A DNA stretch of 64,000 bases from Vicugna vicugna (Eukaryota). The DNA lies in contig MU058788.1 of NCBI GenBank assembly GCA_013265495.1, positions 62,001 to 126,000 on the forward strand, given 5' to 3'. Below, in pieces: positions 1-14,381 of the stretch; positions within the stretch are counted from its first letter, which is position 1; each line of letters starts with the position of its first letter. A program made the translations under genes and the position numbers. Under the pieces are notes generated by a model. The model searched no databases. It saw only the letters and a list, made by a program, of their open reading frames with translations, and was not told the origin of the DNA.

Positions 1-541
1 GAGCAGAGACTCCTCTGGGCCGTTGTCGTCTGAGTACGAGCTCTGAGGATGTCACACAGGCCAGCACTTCGAGCAGTCAGAGCCTGGCTCCTTGTGGTCA
101 GACCCCAGCCCTGTCGTGGGGACTTGACCCTACGCTCAGGGTCCCCACTTCCGTGGGGAGAGCCCTAGGCTCATGTGGCTGCTGCTCTGGGTTTTATTTC
201 CCACCCCACCCCCGATAGATTTTTCTAGGGACTTTTCCGGTTGAGGTGAGACTGGGAATGCAAGTGCATGGAGGATGCGTTGAGAGAATTTGGTCATCAG
301 CCGACCTTCTGGGAGAAGCGGAGAGGGACCAGAGGTGGAGCAGACCCCATGTGCTAAGTACCCCCCTGCCTTGGGCGGGGCTCTGCACAGAGGAGCGGTC
401 ACTGGCGCCCTAGAGGACTTCCCACCCCCGGGGGGACATTCATGCTCTTCTCTCTAAAAGCAAGAAGCACCACTACCAACAGAGGCTGACAAAGGATGAG
501 TTGAAGGTGTTGGTCATTCCTGATCTTTGGGAATGTGTACC

Positions 542-564
542 TGTGTGTGTGTGTGTGTGTGTGT
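542..564. repeat. (TG)n microsatellite
   Basis: Perfect TG dinucleotide run visible in the sequence. Confidence 0.95.
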
Positions 565-3036
565 ACAGGTGGTTGTGTGCCTGTGTGTGGATGGTCCCTG
601 CTCAGTCTGACCAGCGATGCTCTAGGGTGTTCAGAGGCACCGCCCGGAGAGAGAGCACTGCACCCTCAGGACAGGGACCCAGGCAGGCTTTCTCTTGCCA
701 GCTGAAGTCGTGAGGGCTTATTTCAGTCTTAACTTCTGATTTTCACTCTCAAATCCCAGAGCCAGCACTTGAATAGAAACGAGTTTGCTGTTAACACCTC
801 TTTCTCTGATTAGCTTGTTGCTTTGAGTTAATTGTCAGGTTGCCTGAACAAAAGCTTCTTAAAATGAAAACTGTATCACTCGGGTAACTTACGTAAGATC
901 AAACAAGGAAGACTGTCTCACCGAGGAGAGAGAGAAATACTCTGAATACAGAATGCAGAGCTCAGGACCTGAAACCTGGAAGCAGAATGTTCATGTCTCT
1001 TTTCCTGTACAGCTTGAGCGGCGGCCACCGGATTCGCCCACCAGCAGCCTCTTTCTGTTGTTACTGGATTTTTAATGTATTTCCTTTTAAAAGATCCTCT
1101 TAGTTACAAGTAAAAACAGCCTGCTGGAGGCTAGCTTAAGCAGAAAAGAGAATTTATCATGGGGATGTGGGGGTATGTCACACTGCTAAGAATAGGTGGG
1201 CTGTCTGGCCTCAGAAGGTGGGCGGGAACCAGGGCCTAGAAACAGCCCAGACTGTGGACTGGGCCGCGGGCAGGACCTTGGTGCCCAGCCTGGACAGAGG
1301 CCGCATCTCCCTGCAGGAACGGGTTGGCTTGGCGTGGCGTGGGTGCCCACTTCCGGTGCACCCGGGGAGCCTTGCACCCACATGGCTCGAGGTTGGCTGG
1401 GCAGGAGGCCTGGACAGTCTGGGCCCGTGGGCGAGGAGATCACTGTGTGTGGAGTGGTGTCTGGTGGGGGAGCGGCTGGTCTGGTCTCCACCAATTGAGC
1501 CTGGAGCCCAGGGCCCTGGAGGAAGGGCAGGCCGGCTCTCCCCTGGGCCTCAGTCGTCTGTATGGCTTCTTCCTCCCTCTCTCAGTGGTCCAGTTTTCCT
1601 GGCATTTGTGTCCAGTCTATAATTGGAGCCAAAGGGAACAGCCACTCTTGCCAGGAGCCCTGAGGAGGGGCTGTGGGGGGACAGGAAAGGACCTGTAGAG
1701 GTGACCCTCCCTCAAGGACGAGAAGTCTGCGCAGCACAGCTGGAGGCCGTCTTGCGGCCTGAGCTCAGCAGGCGGGACGCTACAGCGCAGTGTCCGGACA
1801 AAGCGCAGAAGAGGTGGCCAGGGACGGGTCATCGCCAAGAGCCGTTTAGGAGCTCAGCGCCCCCAGCGCAGACGGCGTCTGGGATTTCGGGTTTGCGGGC
1901 AGAGCCCTGATGTGGCAGGTAGGGGCCTCTCTTCCGGGGCTGCTGTGACTCCTCGCCGTGGCTGAAGGCTAGTCACCGCGTCTCTCTTTTGCAGAGTAAT
2001 GTCACCATGTGCTGTGCATCTGACACACGGGGCGAGGGGCAGAGGATGAAGGACTTACTCTCTGTGCATCTCTGTGCAGCGACTGACGTGACGGCGTCAA
2101 AGCCATTGTGTTATGAGCCTTGAGTGTCGGATCCTCATTTTAAGGGAAGCCAGTTTTGACGTGTATTTCCTTTAAGTTCAGAGCTGCTTTCAGCGAGAGT
2201 TGGAGGTTCCCACACACTTAACTGTGTCCCTGGTGATCTGAGGTTTGGGAAATGCCCCCAGTGGTTCCTTTTTGACCACGTTGAATGTCAGGTTTTCAGT
2301 TGGGTTTCCTGTTGTCGTCACACCTCATTCTGCTGAGAGGTTTCATCAGTCCCGCCCTCGTCTGTTGTCACCTGCTGGGTCCGCACTGCTGTCTGTGAAG
2401 AAATTTTCCCGAGGGAGTCTTCCTGGGTGAAATTCAGGAAGGCATTTGAGGTTAATACACTGACAGACATTTTCCGTGTTGTTACCTTTAGCTTTGAAAG
2501 GGTTATTTTTACGTGCTAGTGAGATGGGAGGGCTTTCTTATTGGAGGGCCGCTGGGCATAACTGGGCACTGGATTGACAGGGACGTCGGAGTAGGGGTGG
2601 GTGGACCGCGTGGGCAGGGATTCCACTGAGCTGTTGGGTCCTGGGGCTGACACGGTGAGCTGGCCTGCGGGGGTGGAAACAGTGCCCCTGACCCAGAAGA
2701 CGTGTCCTCAGCTCGCCTTTCACCTAGTCCCGGACGGGAGACTCAGCTCTTGGCCTCTGTGGGGTGGTGTGGCATCTACAGTAACGGGAGCACGGGTCAC
2801 CGTCGCCAGTGTGCAGGCCTCCCATTGACGAGGTGCTTAGTCCTACGTAGTGACCAGTGCCCCCGTCCGCAGGCAGGGTCACCACGGCGACCTGCGGTAT
2901 TCCAATCCCAGATAGGGCCAGTCTCCCCATCGCAGAGTCCAGCCTGACAGCTTGGGCGGAAGGGCCCTGCGTGACCAGGTTTGTCCCCCGCTCTCTGCAG
3001 CCTCAGCGGGGCTCCCCTCTGGCCCCGTGAGGACTG

Positions 3037-3353
3037 TGCCTATCTGTTCAGGCTGCCGTCACACGACGCCACAGACTGGGTACAGAACGGACACGGACTG
3101 TTCACGGTGCTGGAGGCTGGAGGCTGAGACCAGGCCGGCAGGGTGGCTCTGGTGAGGACCCTTCTCTGGGATGCAGACTTCTGTGTCCTCGCCGGTGGGA
3201 GGGACAGGGCTCTCTCCTGGATGAGGGCACTAGTCCCACTCAGCAGCTCCACCCTTGGGACGTGATCGCTTCCCAGGGGCCCACCTCCTGAGACGGTGGG
3301 CATTAGGACTTCCGGCTGTGAATGCTGGGGACACCCACATTCAGGCCGTGGCA
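3037..3353 (-). mobile_element. MaLR solo LTR, MLT1A-like, old and diverged
   Basis: TG...CA ends. MLT1-type motifs 'tctgttcaggctgcc...ccacagactggg', 'tgctggaggctgg', 'ctggtgaggacc', 'cacattcaggccgtggca'. Candidate 5-bp TSD gactg/ggctg. Confidence 0.75.
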
Positions 3354-3514
3354 GGCTGGCTGGCTGGCTGTCCTCCCCTTGTGTCACTGCCTCTCCCTCC
3401 TCCCCTGTCCTCACACCACCTGTGAGGACCGTCCCAGCCCTGTGGTTGCTCTCATGCAGGACTCTGTCCAGATCCCACCTCCTCTGGGAGGCCCTGGCTC
3501 CCAGCCCAGTCTGA

Positions 3515-4650
3515 CTTTAACGAAAGTTCTTACGGAGAAGTTCAAATACACATAAGCAGACAGGATGGTATTTTGAACCTGACTCACCGTTCCCCCTGGC
3601 CCCCCATGTCCCCTCCAAGCAGACTCCAGAAGTCATTTTTTTATCTGTAAGTATTTTGTATGTGTCTCTAAAGTATAAGGAGTCTTAAAAAAAAAACCTA
3701 ATAATACTATAAATCATACCCCCAAAATGAACAGATTCCTTTACATCATCAAATGTTCAATTATTGTTCAAACTTCCAGTTGGTTTATAAATGTCACAAG
3801 TTTATCCTATAGTTTTCAGAATTCAGATGGAGTCACCCCTTTATGACTGAACCGTCTTTATGTTTCTTGAAGTCACAGTTTCCTCCTTTATCTCTCTCGT
3901 GTTTTGTGATTTTGGCATGTGTTTGGTTGGTCTCTGTAAGGTCTTTGTCACTTTGGGGACCAGGATTTGCTCTACTGGTTTCCACGGTCTGGGCTTTGTG
4001 GGCTGCGTCTCCGTGGTTGAGTTCAGCAAGTTCCTCGGTGCTCCGTTCTGTCCTGCGAATTGGAAGTTTGACTCAGGGTTGGCTTTTTATTTTTCCCAGG
4101 GGTGGCCGGGCGGCCTTCAGGCGGCTGGTCTCTGTGGCTGAGCAGCTGTCGGTGTCCCTCCCCCGGGGCCCAGCAGCGTGGCCCTTCCTTCTGTCAGCCG
4201 TTTTGACTTCCCTGTTAGCATACTTCCGGAAAGGACGGCGCTCCCTCCCCTGCCCTGTCTGCTCACCTGGTGGTGCTGCCCAGCTGGGAAAGACAGCACA
4301 CTTTCTGGTTCTCTGCGTGTTACCAGCTTCCCGTCAGGCGTGACCACACAGGGGGCTGTGTGTGTTCGCTTTGGCAGCGTTATGAATGCAGGGGTTTCAG
4401 CGCCTGGGTTTCCCCTGATCGCTGTTACTGGCCTTATTACTGTTAAAATCGTCCCAGCTTTGGTCAGCGGAGCGTCTTTCGGTGGCTCCTGGGTCCTTCT
4501 GGTGTGGTCCTGGTAGCTTGCTATGTGGTACGACCAGGTTTCCTGGGTCACGTTGTATATTTCCTGCCCCAGACCTGGAATCAGCCTTCTCCCCAAAGAG
4601 CCTTGGTTCTTTCTATTAGAACGTGGTGTTTGCAGCTACTGTCTGAGCCT
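3515..4650 (-). mobile_element. Ancient L1M (L1MC/L1ME-type) 3' region fragments
   Basis: Motifs typical of old L1 3' ends: 'gaagttcaaatacacataag', 'tatgtgtctctaaagtataagga', 'atttcctgccccagacctggaatcagcc'. Boundaries approximate and possibly discontinuous. Confidence 0.55.
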
Positions 4651-7600
4651 CCCCCCATGCTGTCTTAGCTCCGACTGATACTTCTGCGGGCACTGCCGCC
4701 AGATTGCGATGATCTGTTAATCTCATGGTCCTTCCCTGAGATGTAAGTGTCCCGGCTCAGTGTCAGGTTGGTCCATCTTTGTGTTCTCAGCCCACCCTAG
4801 CCCTGCCACACGACACACCTGAGTTTCTTCAGCCCTGCCCCCCAGCCAGAGGCTACCCCGTCTCTTCCCACAGCCCCATCCATGGTCCCAGGGCTGCTCG
4901 CCAACCGCCTTTGGGGTTGTGGGGTGGCGTCTGTGCCCCCATCAGCCCCAGCCAGGACTTCTCCTGAGAAGGATGTGGTCCCTGCCGAGGGTGCATCTCT
5001 GGGGTTCTCCCACTGCAAAGCCTCGGGCCTGAGCCCCGGCAGCACATCCTTCTTGGCGCCCTTGCTCTGCGGAACACTGTGTCCTGCGTTCAGTGGGGCC
5101 TGCGCACCTCTCCCGTCCGGCATCACCGGGCCACCTGGACTCCGCCGTTTAGGCCCTCCTAGCTGAGTGGGACGCAAAGATGGTCCTTCAGCTTCCCCTC
5201 TGCCCTTCCCTGCATGGGACTCAGAGGATCCCCGTCCCTCCTCCTCCTCGACGCGCTCGCGCACACACGCCATGCACACACACACACCCTCCAGCGCGCT
5301 TCTCTCCAGTGGCCCTACCCCAGGCCCTCACACGTGACTTGACATGGCCAGGCTGTACTGGCACAGCTTCTCCCCTGTGCTTAAAATAAACTCGCCAGGC
5401 ACTTCCTCACTTTTTTGATGGGCCGAGTGCCTCGAAGCAAGCTTTGATGTGGGACCCAGGCTCAGTCTCGATCAGCCTTGGTTTAGGACATCTCGCCTTT
5501 CTCCACGCTCATCCCAAGCCCTCCTCAGGGTTGGCCCTGCATCCTGCTGGCCTCACAGTGCTTTTCTAGGGCCCCCGTGTCGGGATGACCTTAAAGCGGG
5601 GAGCCCGTGTCCTCGTGGGATGGGGCCCTTCTCTGTCCATTCCCTGCATCTGGGCATTCGCCCTGGCTCCTCCTCTTCTCTGCCGGAGCCTTGGTGCTCC
5701 ATGTGCCTGCTTCTTGCAGAGGCCCGTGAGGATGTGTGGGTCCCTGGACCCCCTTGGAGGAGCTCGGCCTTCGCACCAGGCAGGGGAAGTTGTCCAGCAC
5801 CGAGAGAAGTACCTGCCGGGTTTAAACGCCTGAACAAACAACTTTGTTTTGCTTTCTGTCCTCACCTCTTCATTTCCTCAGGTTCCTCCCTCCTCTTCTG
5901 CTTCTGCCGCAGCCCTTGCTCACTCCTTGAATCTCTCCTTCTGCTCATCAGTTTTCTGACCGGCTGTGTCGTTGACAAGAAGAGCATTGGCCCTGGTCCT
6001 GCATCCTCAGGGTGGGGATGCAGACGAGAGGTTTAGGCCAGGGTGCCATCGGGCATCTTGCACGGCTTTGTTTTTCTCGCGGGAGAACGCTGAAGTCTGT
6101 TTTCGTTCTGGGCAGGCATCCTTAGGTTGATCCTCATGGAGCAGGAGAGTCTGACCTTTAGAACCATTCGTGCTGTGTGTGTCCCTTGGCAGGGGCAGGG
6201 AGGGGGCATGTGGGGCGCACGGGGGTATCTGTGGCATCACGGTAAGGAGGCCCAGCTGGCTGTATCCCAGCCGTTTCCTTTCTTGGAGAAGAAAGTGGTG
6301 TCACTTTCCCTTGAAACAGTTCATTCTCCGCTAGATCCAGGTTTAAAGGATCTGAATCCCCAGCCTTGAGGCTCCCAGATCGATGGCTGCTCGCCCCGCC
6401 CGCCTCTCCCCCAGGTCTCTCGGGGAAACACACACATTTTCAAGTCATCAGCTCAGGAATCAAGTGTTCTGGGGAAGTCCTGGGTTAATGTTTACACTTT
6501 GTCTTACGTTCCTCAGTTGCACCTTTTTAATGAGGGTTTTTTCTCCCGAGGGTGGAGAAGCCAGAGAAACCACAGCCAGTCAATCCGTGGGCGGGAATGT
6601 GGAAGAGGGCGCCGCGGGGGTGTTTTCCCATAGAAGCTTTTAAAGGTCTCAGCTATTATTAACGTTGAATTTATTATCTGATGTTTAGGATCAGCCCACT
6701 CAAGATGGTCTGGGGATGAGTCTGCGGTGTGTGTAGAGCTGATCTGTGCTGGTGTGTGGCGCACATTTGTGTCTGCACGCACTTCGGGGCGTTGGCGTGC
6801 ACCCACCTGGTGCTGGCGTCTCTGCAGCGCTGATCTGGACTAGCGTCCAAGGGCTCCTTGTCCTCTCATTAAGAGCAACTCGTCAGGGGTTGCATGCGCT
6901 GGGGGATGCGTTCATCACGGAACGGCTGTAAATCGGAAGGCTGGATTTCATGGACTCATCAGAATGTGCGCACCCTGAGCCGAGGCACACAGATCTTCAC
7001 AGAGACGGTTTTGGGAGGAGGCTGCCCACCTCTTTCACGGTGCAGAGCACCAGACGTCCCAGCTGGCTTCTGAGCCATCCGAGAACACGCATTTGTTGTT
7101 TTCGACCCCCTGTGAGTTCCTGACCAAGAATGAAATTACCAAACTTAATCACCCACCTACCTCTTCATGCCTCTCGGCTCTGAGCGATTACTAGCTGCTT
7201 CCCCAAAACAAATAAGCCTGTAAGGATGAAAACGATGCTGTTGGCTTTGGGGTCCCATCCGTTAGCCGCGTTCCAGACGTGCTTTGAGTAATGGCGCCAT
7301 TGTGGCCACGCCAGAGCTCTGCCCCCGGGCCCGCTGGCCCAGCCGCTCACACCATCGGCGAATGAGTTCCAGGATCTGGAACGAGCCCACCTGTGAATCT
7401 CACGTGTGTGTATGTTGCCCCTCCAGTTCAGACTCCTGAGCCATTCTGGCTCCTGAGAGCTGGGCTGCACCCCACTTTTCAGTCTTGTCTTTCACTCCAT
7501 ACCCACTTGAGATCGTCCCGCCCGAGCCCGTGTTGTCACAGACCTTCCCTTCATGTCTTGGAGGTCTTTTTTTGCTTTCTCATTTTCTGCCGATTTGGAA

Positions 7601-10600
7601 AGGGGGAAAATATATATTATTTATAACGCAGCAAGTATGCTTACTCCTTTCTGCTATATTGTGGGGAGCAGAGTATTCTAATTGCCTTTTTTGTTTCCTT
7701 TAGGCCCATGGTGATAACTCTTATTTGTTAGTTTCTCGGCACCTGCAGTTTTGAAAATGACTTGTGCACTTGGCAGGTGTGATGTAGAAACCAACCCCCG
7801 AGACCACAGCGTGCAAGCACTCTCAGAGTGTGAGAAGAACACCGTTGTCTTGGTCTCCTAGTCTTCTGTTCACTTGGTGGACTTTGTAGGCCCCAGAGTG
7901 CAACTCCCGAGTGTAATTAAAGCATGAAGGTAGTGGCTTGTTGGCGAACTGAGATGTGGGCCCCTGCCCTTTGGAATTCCAGCGGCACTGACAGCAACCA
8001 CATGCCCAGCTCAAATTTAAGGAGAACAAAAATGCTGTCATCAGATCTCTACCTCGTGAACAGTATTCCCAGCACAGGTTGAGATGGAGATGAATTAAAA
8101 GTACTGATGGCTGCTTTCTTGAAGTCAATATTATTATTTCCTTCTCTTTCATTTTGCTGCAAACATTGAGGCTGGGAGAGGGGAGGACGCCAACTCTTAA
8201 GAATGTAGTGTGTTGGTTTGTTGGTACTCATTGCTGAAAAAGCCGTCCCTGGACCGGAAGAGCCCTCCTGAGCCGAGCAGTGGTTGTGCTGGGCTGTGAC
8301 AAGCTGGCATGTACCCTTGTCACCAGTGTTATTAAGTGTTACCAAAGAGCAAAGAAGATGTAATTAGGAATTCTCCCCCAGTCTGCTCAGGGCGTGGAGA
8401 ATCTCCCTGGTTGCACTGTGTCCAGAAGTAGCTGAGACCAAGCCTAACAGGTTACTTTCAGGTCTCCAGGTACTTCAGCAGGGCAGGTGGCACTTCTCCT
8501 TAGATTGGAAGGTCTTTGCAATGTTCCTGAATGCACTGGATTCCTTCAGGTCCTTAGAGAAGTAAAGGCCAGGGTCTTGGAACCTCCTGCTAACTTTTGG
8601 CCTGAGTCCTTACCAGGAATCCACCAACCAAAACACAATTCCTTGAGGGGGGGAGACCTCCTCACGCCCCTGGGATCCCCCCAGCTTCCCCTCTGGCTGC
8701 TTAGGGTTCATCGGTCTTTCCCTCCGGAGCCCACCGTGTGGTTATTAAATCCAGGTCACCGTGCTCCAGTCAGTCGCCCGGACGTGGGGAGAGCTCGCGT
8801 CTGTCTGCACCACCTCGGTTCCCAGGAGTTCTGTTCTTGCTGACCGAGCAGACCCCCTCCTTCCTTCGAAGTTTGCTTTACTGGTTGCAGAAGGTGGAAA
8901 AACTTGACTCCTCATGTGACATGGTCTCCACTGAGTTCTTCTTCTTTGTTCTGGTTAAACTTGAAGTCTTCTCAAGTCCGATGCGAAGGCAGTAGGCTTC
9001 GAAAGAGGACCTCGAAACGCGTGAAGTTGATACCGATGGGAGTGTTCGTAAATGAAGGCGTGGTGGAGTGTCCGCGGAGGGGCCCTTGCCCCGAGTCAGA
9101 CGACCAGGGTGGGGGCTGTCCAGCGTGGTGGGGAGCGTGGAGAAGGGAGGAGCACCTGATAAAAAGGTCCCTGTGTTCTCCAAGCCCCTCAGCCCCTCCC
9201 CGAGCAGTGCCACGCATGCCAGGCCAGGCTGGGGCTTGAGAGCATCACGGGGTTTAAATTAACGGCAGACTGAATACATGAGAGGGGAAAGGTTGACTCA
9301 GTGTGTTTGGATTGTGAGCCTTTCAGCCAAGATTGTGTCTTAAATTTTATATCTTATACTATCGCACGTATGGAAATGTCAATAATGTTGAAAAAAATCC
9401 CGAGTTGTATATGTGGAGGCCAAGTGGGAGTGCTGCATCCGAGGTCGTGGATTTTGGCAGGCGGGAGAGCTGTGCATTTAGAGGCGGTTGGTCGCTGCCT
9501 TCAGCCACTGAGAAAGTGTATCGGGTTGTAAAGGGTCACAGGAAGCTCGGCGTTAGTTGAGCGCATTCTGAGTTTCCAGCAGCGATGATCCTGCCTCCAT
9601 TTAAGTGAAAAATTACGCTCCTTTTAAGCCCTCTTCACACATATCTCTTGTCTTCAGAGCGGAACACGTGCGCTCATCCATCCTAGAAAGGACTTTCGAC
9701 AGAGTTCTGATTTCCCCTCCTGTCTTTGCTCCCTCAGCTCCCTGTTTCTGTGGCCAAAACTTGCCAGACGGTGGGGAAGGTGGTGGCCTCCCCGAGCACC
9801 CAGAGTCTGGGCAGAGGCCATGTGGAAGTAAGTGGACCAATGTGGAGGGAAGATGCGGGAAGGCCTGTTGGAGAGGGGACTCCTGATGAGATAGTCCTGG
9901 CCTTTGGGACAGCCCATGAAGAGACCCCAAAATAGGGGGCTTCACAGAGTGAGGTGCCTGGGGAGGGTGGGCTGTGGGAGCTTGTGGTCCAAAGCCTGGG
10001 GTGGGGGCACGCTACCCCTCTGTGGAGTGCAAAGAGGGGATGGTGGAGAATGTGGTCCAGGAAGGAGGTCAGCTGTGGGCTTTGGGGCTCCCTGGGGCAC
10101 AGTGTGAGGGGGCGAGTGTGGATGGGACATGGAACCTGCAGGCCGGGGAACCGTGTGAGTCTCAGACTTGGATTATCCATCAAGGGGCTGCAGTTGAGGA
10201 CTCACCGATGGTTTGAGAGGATTGGGGTGTTGAGGAGAGGGTCCCCCCACCCCCACCCCACAACAGGTAGAAATACATCGGTGCCACTGGGCCGAAGAGC
10301 GGGAGTGAGAAGACCATCTCGGAATCCACACCCATGAGCAAGCTGACAAAACCAAGTCCCTGAGTTGTGTGGGGGTCCCCGGCTGTCGGCTTATAGGTGC
10401 ACGTGGCCTCCACGGTGCATCTCCTGGGGCTGGTGAGAGGGACTGAGGCGTGTCGAGGGGTGGCACCGTCTAGTATGACTAGTGCCCAGGACGGCCCCCT
10501 CCCTCTGTGCCTGCATTTGTTCCCAGACCTCAGCCATTCGTTCCTGTGAACTCACGGCCTGTTGCTCCTTCTGGGAGTCCCGTATGCCTGGTGGGGGTGA

Positions 10601-12874
10601 TGAGGATGCCCGGGCACACCTTCTCGCCTCTTAGGGTGGATGTCGATGTTTTGCACAGCACTGGAGCCTGAGGGGCATCCAGAAAGCCAGGGCTCCCTCC
10701 CTGCGGGGCCTGTGCCACCTCATTTGGAAAGAGTGACGGGGCCAGAGGCTCCTAATCCCACTGTGTGACAGGCTGTCCCCTCCCTCTTCCTCTCTGTGGC
10801 TTGCCCCTTCGCCTGCTTGGCAGGACTGTCTTCATGTTGGATTTAAAATTCATTATGAAGTTGCTTTTAAAAAGACTGAAAGATTGGAGCCCTTGCTGTG
10901 AGCCTTCATTGGTCCCAGTGACGTCCCCGTATCAGACATTCATCAGCGCCGTCCTCCAGCCGCGTGCATGGCGGGGCCGGAGCCTCCAGGTGAGTTATTG
11001 TGCTGTGACTCATTCCTCGTGGCCACAGAATTGCTTCCGTGGTGCTGGATACAGCGTGTCTTTCCAGGCGAGACAGGATGTCCCCATGGTCCTGTCCCGA
11101 GAGCGGGCACTGGGACCTCAGTGCCCTCTGGGGAGGCACTGACCCCCCCGGCGGCCTCCGTCAGCTGTGGTGGGGACACGAGAAGAAATAGATGTGATTT
11201 TTCCTTTCCTTTATAGGGTTTCTCATCCTAAGCTGGATGGTTGCAAGAATGATCTCTGAGTCCTTTCTAGTGTCCATGGGGTGTGGAGCATGCAGGCACC
11301 GGAGGCCACCGTGCAGGCCCGGCTGCGACATGGTGCCCTCTGCCCGTCTGTGGCCCTCTGTCCTCTGTCCCCCGCAGGCCTCCTATTACAGCTGCTCTCA
11401 CAGCCTCCTCACCAGGTGCACTGAAATGCACGTGCACTAGAGCAGGTGCCTGCGGGGGCTGGGAACAGTGGTGTCCCCGCGACCTTGATCATTCCTGCAT
11501 CGATGGGGTCGAGCTCTGGTCTCACCGGTGTTGGTGGCTCTCCACTGGTGCTCGGGCCCTGGGGGTCGGCACTGCGCTGGGAGCCCAGGTGTCTGCATCT
11601 CCAGGCGTGGAATAATGACCCCCGTTTGGTTCCCATGTCCTGGGATTGGAGCCCCTCGGTTCTGATTTGTCTCCAGAGAGTTGTCACTTCCTGGGTGGGG
11701 AGGTGCGGGGGAGAGAAACGCAGAAGCTGCCTCAGAGTGAAGAAGGGAGTTCGCCAGGGACGTTTATGCGGCATTTCGCTCTTTTCCGACGTGCGTCTTC
11801 CTGAATGGTCAGAGCACCGGAGCTCTGGCTGGGATGCATTTCTTCCAGACCCGTCCGTGTTCCTGTTCCAGGCCCCCCTTCTCCGGAGTTCCCTCTGCCA
11901 GAGTTGCTCTCCCACGTGCCCTGACGGGCCCAGCTCACGACAGCCCTCTGGAACCGCCGCGTTCTTGAATCTGGGCCCGAGCCCCAAAAAAGCGGCCCAG
12001 GGTGCCTTGTACTCTCCTGTCTGGGACTTCTCGTCCCTCCGTGTCTTTCAGGGCAGCTCCCCCGGGCATTCCGGCCCTTGGGGGTCAGTGGGGAGGACTC
12101 TGGATGACCCGCAGCCCTGTTCCCTGGGCGCCGGGACTCAGGTCACTTGGTAGCCACGTGCTGCTGTTCGCATCGCAGACGTGCCGCGGGGTATTTCGGG
12201 CTCGCTCGTAATTTGTGATGAGTTGGCTGTTCGTTTGTAGTCTTTCTAATCTGGCTCATCAGGAATTAGCCAACTTGTCTCATGCTCAAAATAGATTATG
12301 CTGCCAGGATTTCAAGCCAAATTCTGACTGCAGATATGCTGTGAATTTTTCTATTTCTTAATATTTTTTTTTCTTTCCTATCCTGTAGCCTGTGTGCTCT
12401 TTGGGGAGAGATCCACACACCTACATCTTTCAAGAGGAGACAGTGCACCTGAGTGTCCTTCGGGAGGGCCCAGGTGCCCGGTTCCTCGCTCTGTCACTCA
12501 TTTAGCATCAGAGCATTAGATCTGAGAGTGGCAGCTGGTCCCCCGTCCAGATGCTTCCTCCTTAGCACCTCTGAGGGCCCTCCTGCGGGGACCTTCTGAG
12601 CAGGCAGGCCTGCAGCCTGGTGTCCTGCAAGCCATGCAGAAAGATCCGTGTGGCCTCAGCTTTTGTTTTGTTTTGCTTTGTTTTTAACTTTGTCCAGTGA
12701 CAGTTTTTTATTTCAACACTAACATCCTTACAGGGCTAAACTTCTGTCAGCTAATCTGTACTTACAATAAAGTTCAAAAATATTTGCAAGGGACCTTCTA
12801 GTTTACCTTCTGAAGATACAAAGGGGCCACTTTTTCCAGCTGCAGAATCACAACGGCCCGCCTGTTCCAGACAT

Positions 12875-14380
12875 TTCACGTTGGTGGAAATGGTACGTGA
12901 TCTTTTGTGACTGGCTTCCTGAATGTTTTCAAGATTCGTCCGTGTTGCAGCATGTATCAGCACTTCATTATTTTTATTTGCATAATGCAGTTCGATTGTA
13001 TGGATAGATTGTGATTTACTTAGTTTATCCGTTAATGGACATCTGGGTTATTTGCAGTTTTAGTCTATAATGGATATTACTGCTAAGCACATTCACGTAT
13101 CTGTTGTGTGGGTGTATGTTTGCAGGACTCAGACAGTGGAATACCTGTCACATGGTTCCTTTTTCACTAGCAATCGAGGAACGGGGAATCTGACTTCCAA
13201 GGTGGCCGTAGCATTTTAAAAACCCACCAGCAATGCATGCAAGTTGAGCTATCTCAGAAGTCTTCATAACATGTTGTTTTGCTTTTTTCTTTTAGTCATT
13301 CTGATGCGTGTGAAGGGATTTCTAATATGGTTTTGATTTGCATTTCCCTAATGGCTAATTATTTTGATCATCTTTTCATGCGCTTATTGGCCATTTGCTG
13401 TATTTGAAGAGCTGCCTATTCAGAATGCTTTGTCTACTTTATAATTAGGTTATTTGACATTTTATTTTTGAGTTGTAGTGTTAATTTATAAATCCTGAGT
13501 ACAAGTCCCTTATCAGAAATGTGATTTGAAGATAATCTCCTCCTATCTAGTGTCATCTTTGCACTTTCTTAATTTGTTGCTTGAAGGACGGAGGATTTAC
13601 GCCTGGATGAAGTCCTTTTTATTTACTTTTTGTGTGCCTGTATTTTCTTCTAAGAGTTTTCGTTGTAACTTACACTTAGGTCTTATAATCATATTTAGTT
13701 AATTTTGTGTATGATATGAGGTAGGGGCACAATTTATTTTTGCCTGTGGATGTCTAATTTTCCAGCATTATTTGTTGAAAAGATTCCTTCTCCATAGAAT
13801 GGTCTTGGGACTCTTGTCAAAACTCAACTGAGCGTAGACGCATGGGTTTATGTCTGGACTCGCAGTTCAATTCCATTAATCTACTTGTCCATCCTCATCC
13901 TTACCCACACTGTTTTGTTTACTGCAGCTCTGTAGTGAGTAAAACAATTGAGGTCTATAAGTCCTCCAGCTCTTCTTCTTCAAGATTGTTTTGGTTACTT
14001 AGGATCCTTTGCAATTTCAAAGAATTTTAGCATCAGCTTGTCCATTTATAACAAAAAAAATGGTATTTTGATAGGAATTTTGTTGAATCTGTAAAGCAAT
14101 TTGGGAAGTATTTTCAGCTTAACAATACTAAGTTTCCCAATCCATGAACATGAGATTTCTTTGTTTTTTCAGGTCTACTTAATTTTTTGTAACAATGTTT
14201 TATAGTTTACGGTAGACACATCTTATACTTTGTTAAATTTGTTTTTAAATACTTTATTCTTTTGGAGTCTAATGAATCTTTTTCTGAATTTCACTTTCAG
14301 AATATTCTTTGCTAATCTATAGACATGCAAATTATTTTTGTATATTGATTGTGTATCCTACAATCTTGCTGAACTTGTTC
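12875..14380 (-). mobile_element. Old L1M fragment (ORF2 C-terminal region and 3' UTR, antisense)
   Basis: Continuous AT-rich antisense L1 similarity, e.g. 'ttttgatttgcatttccctaatggctaat', 'ttattggccattt', 'ccaatccatgaacatgag'. More diverged than the adjacent L1. Confidence 0.85.
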
Positions 14381-14381
14381 C

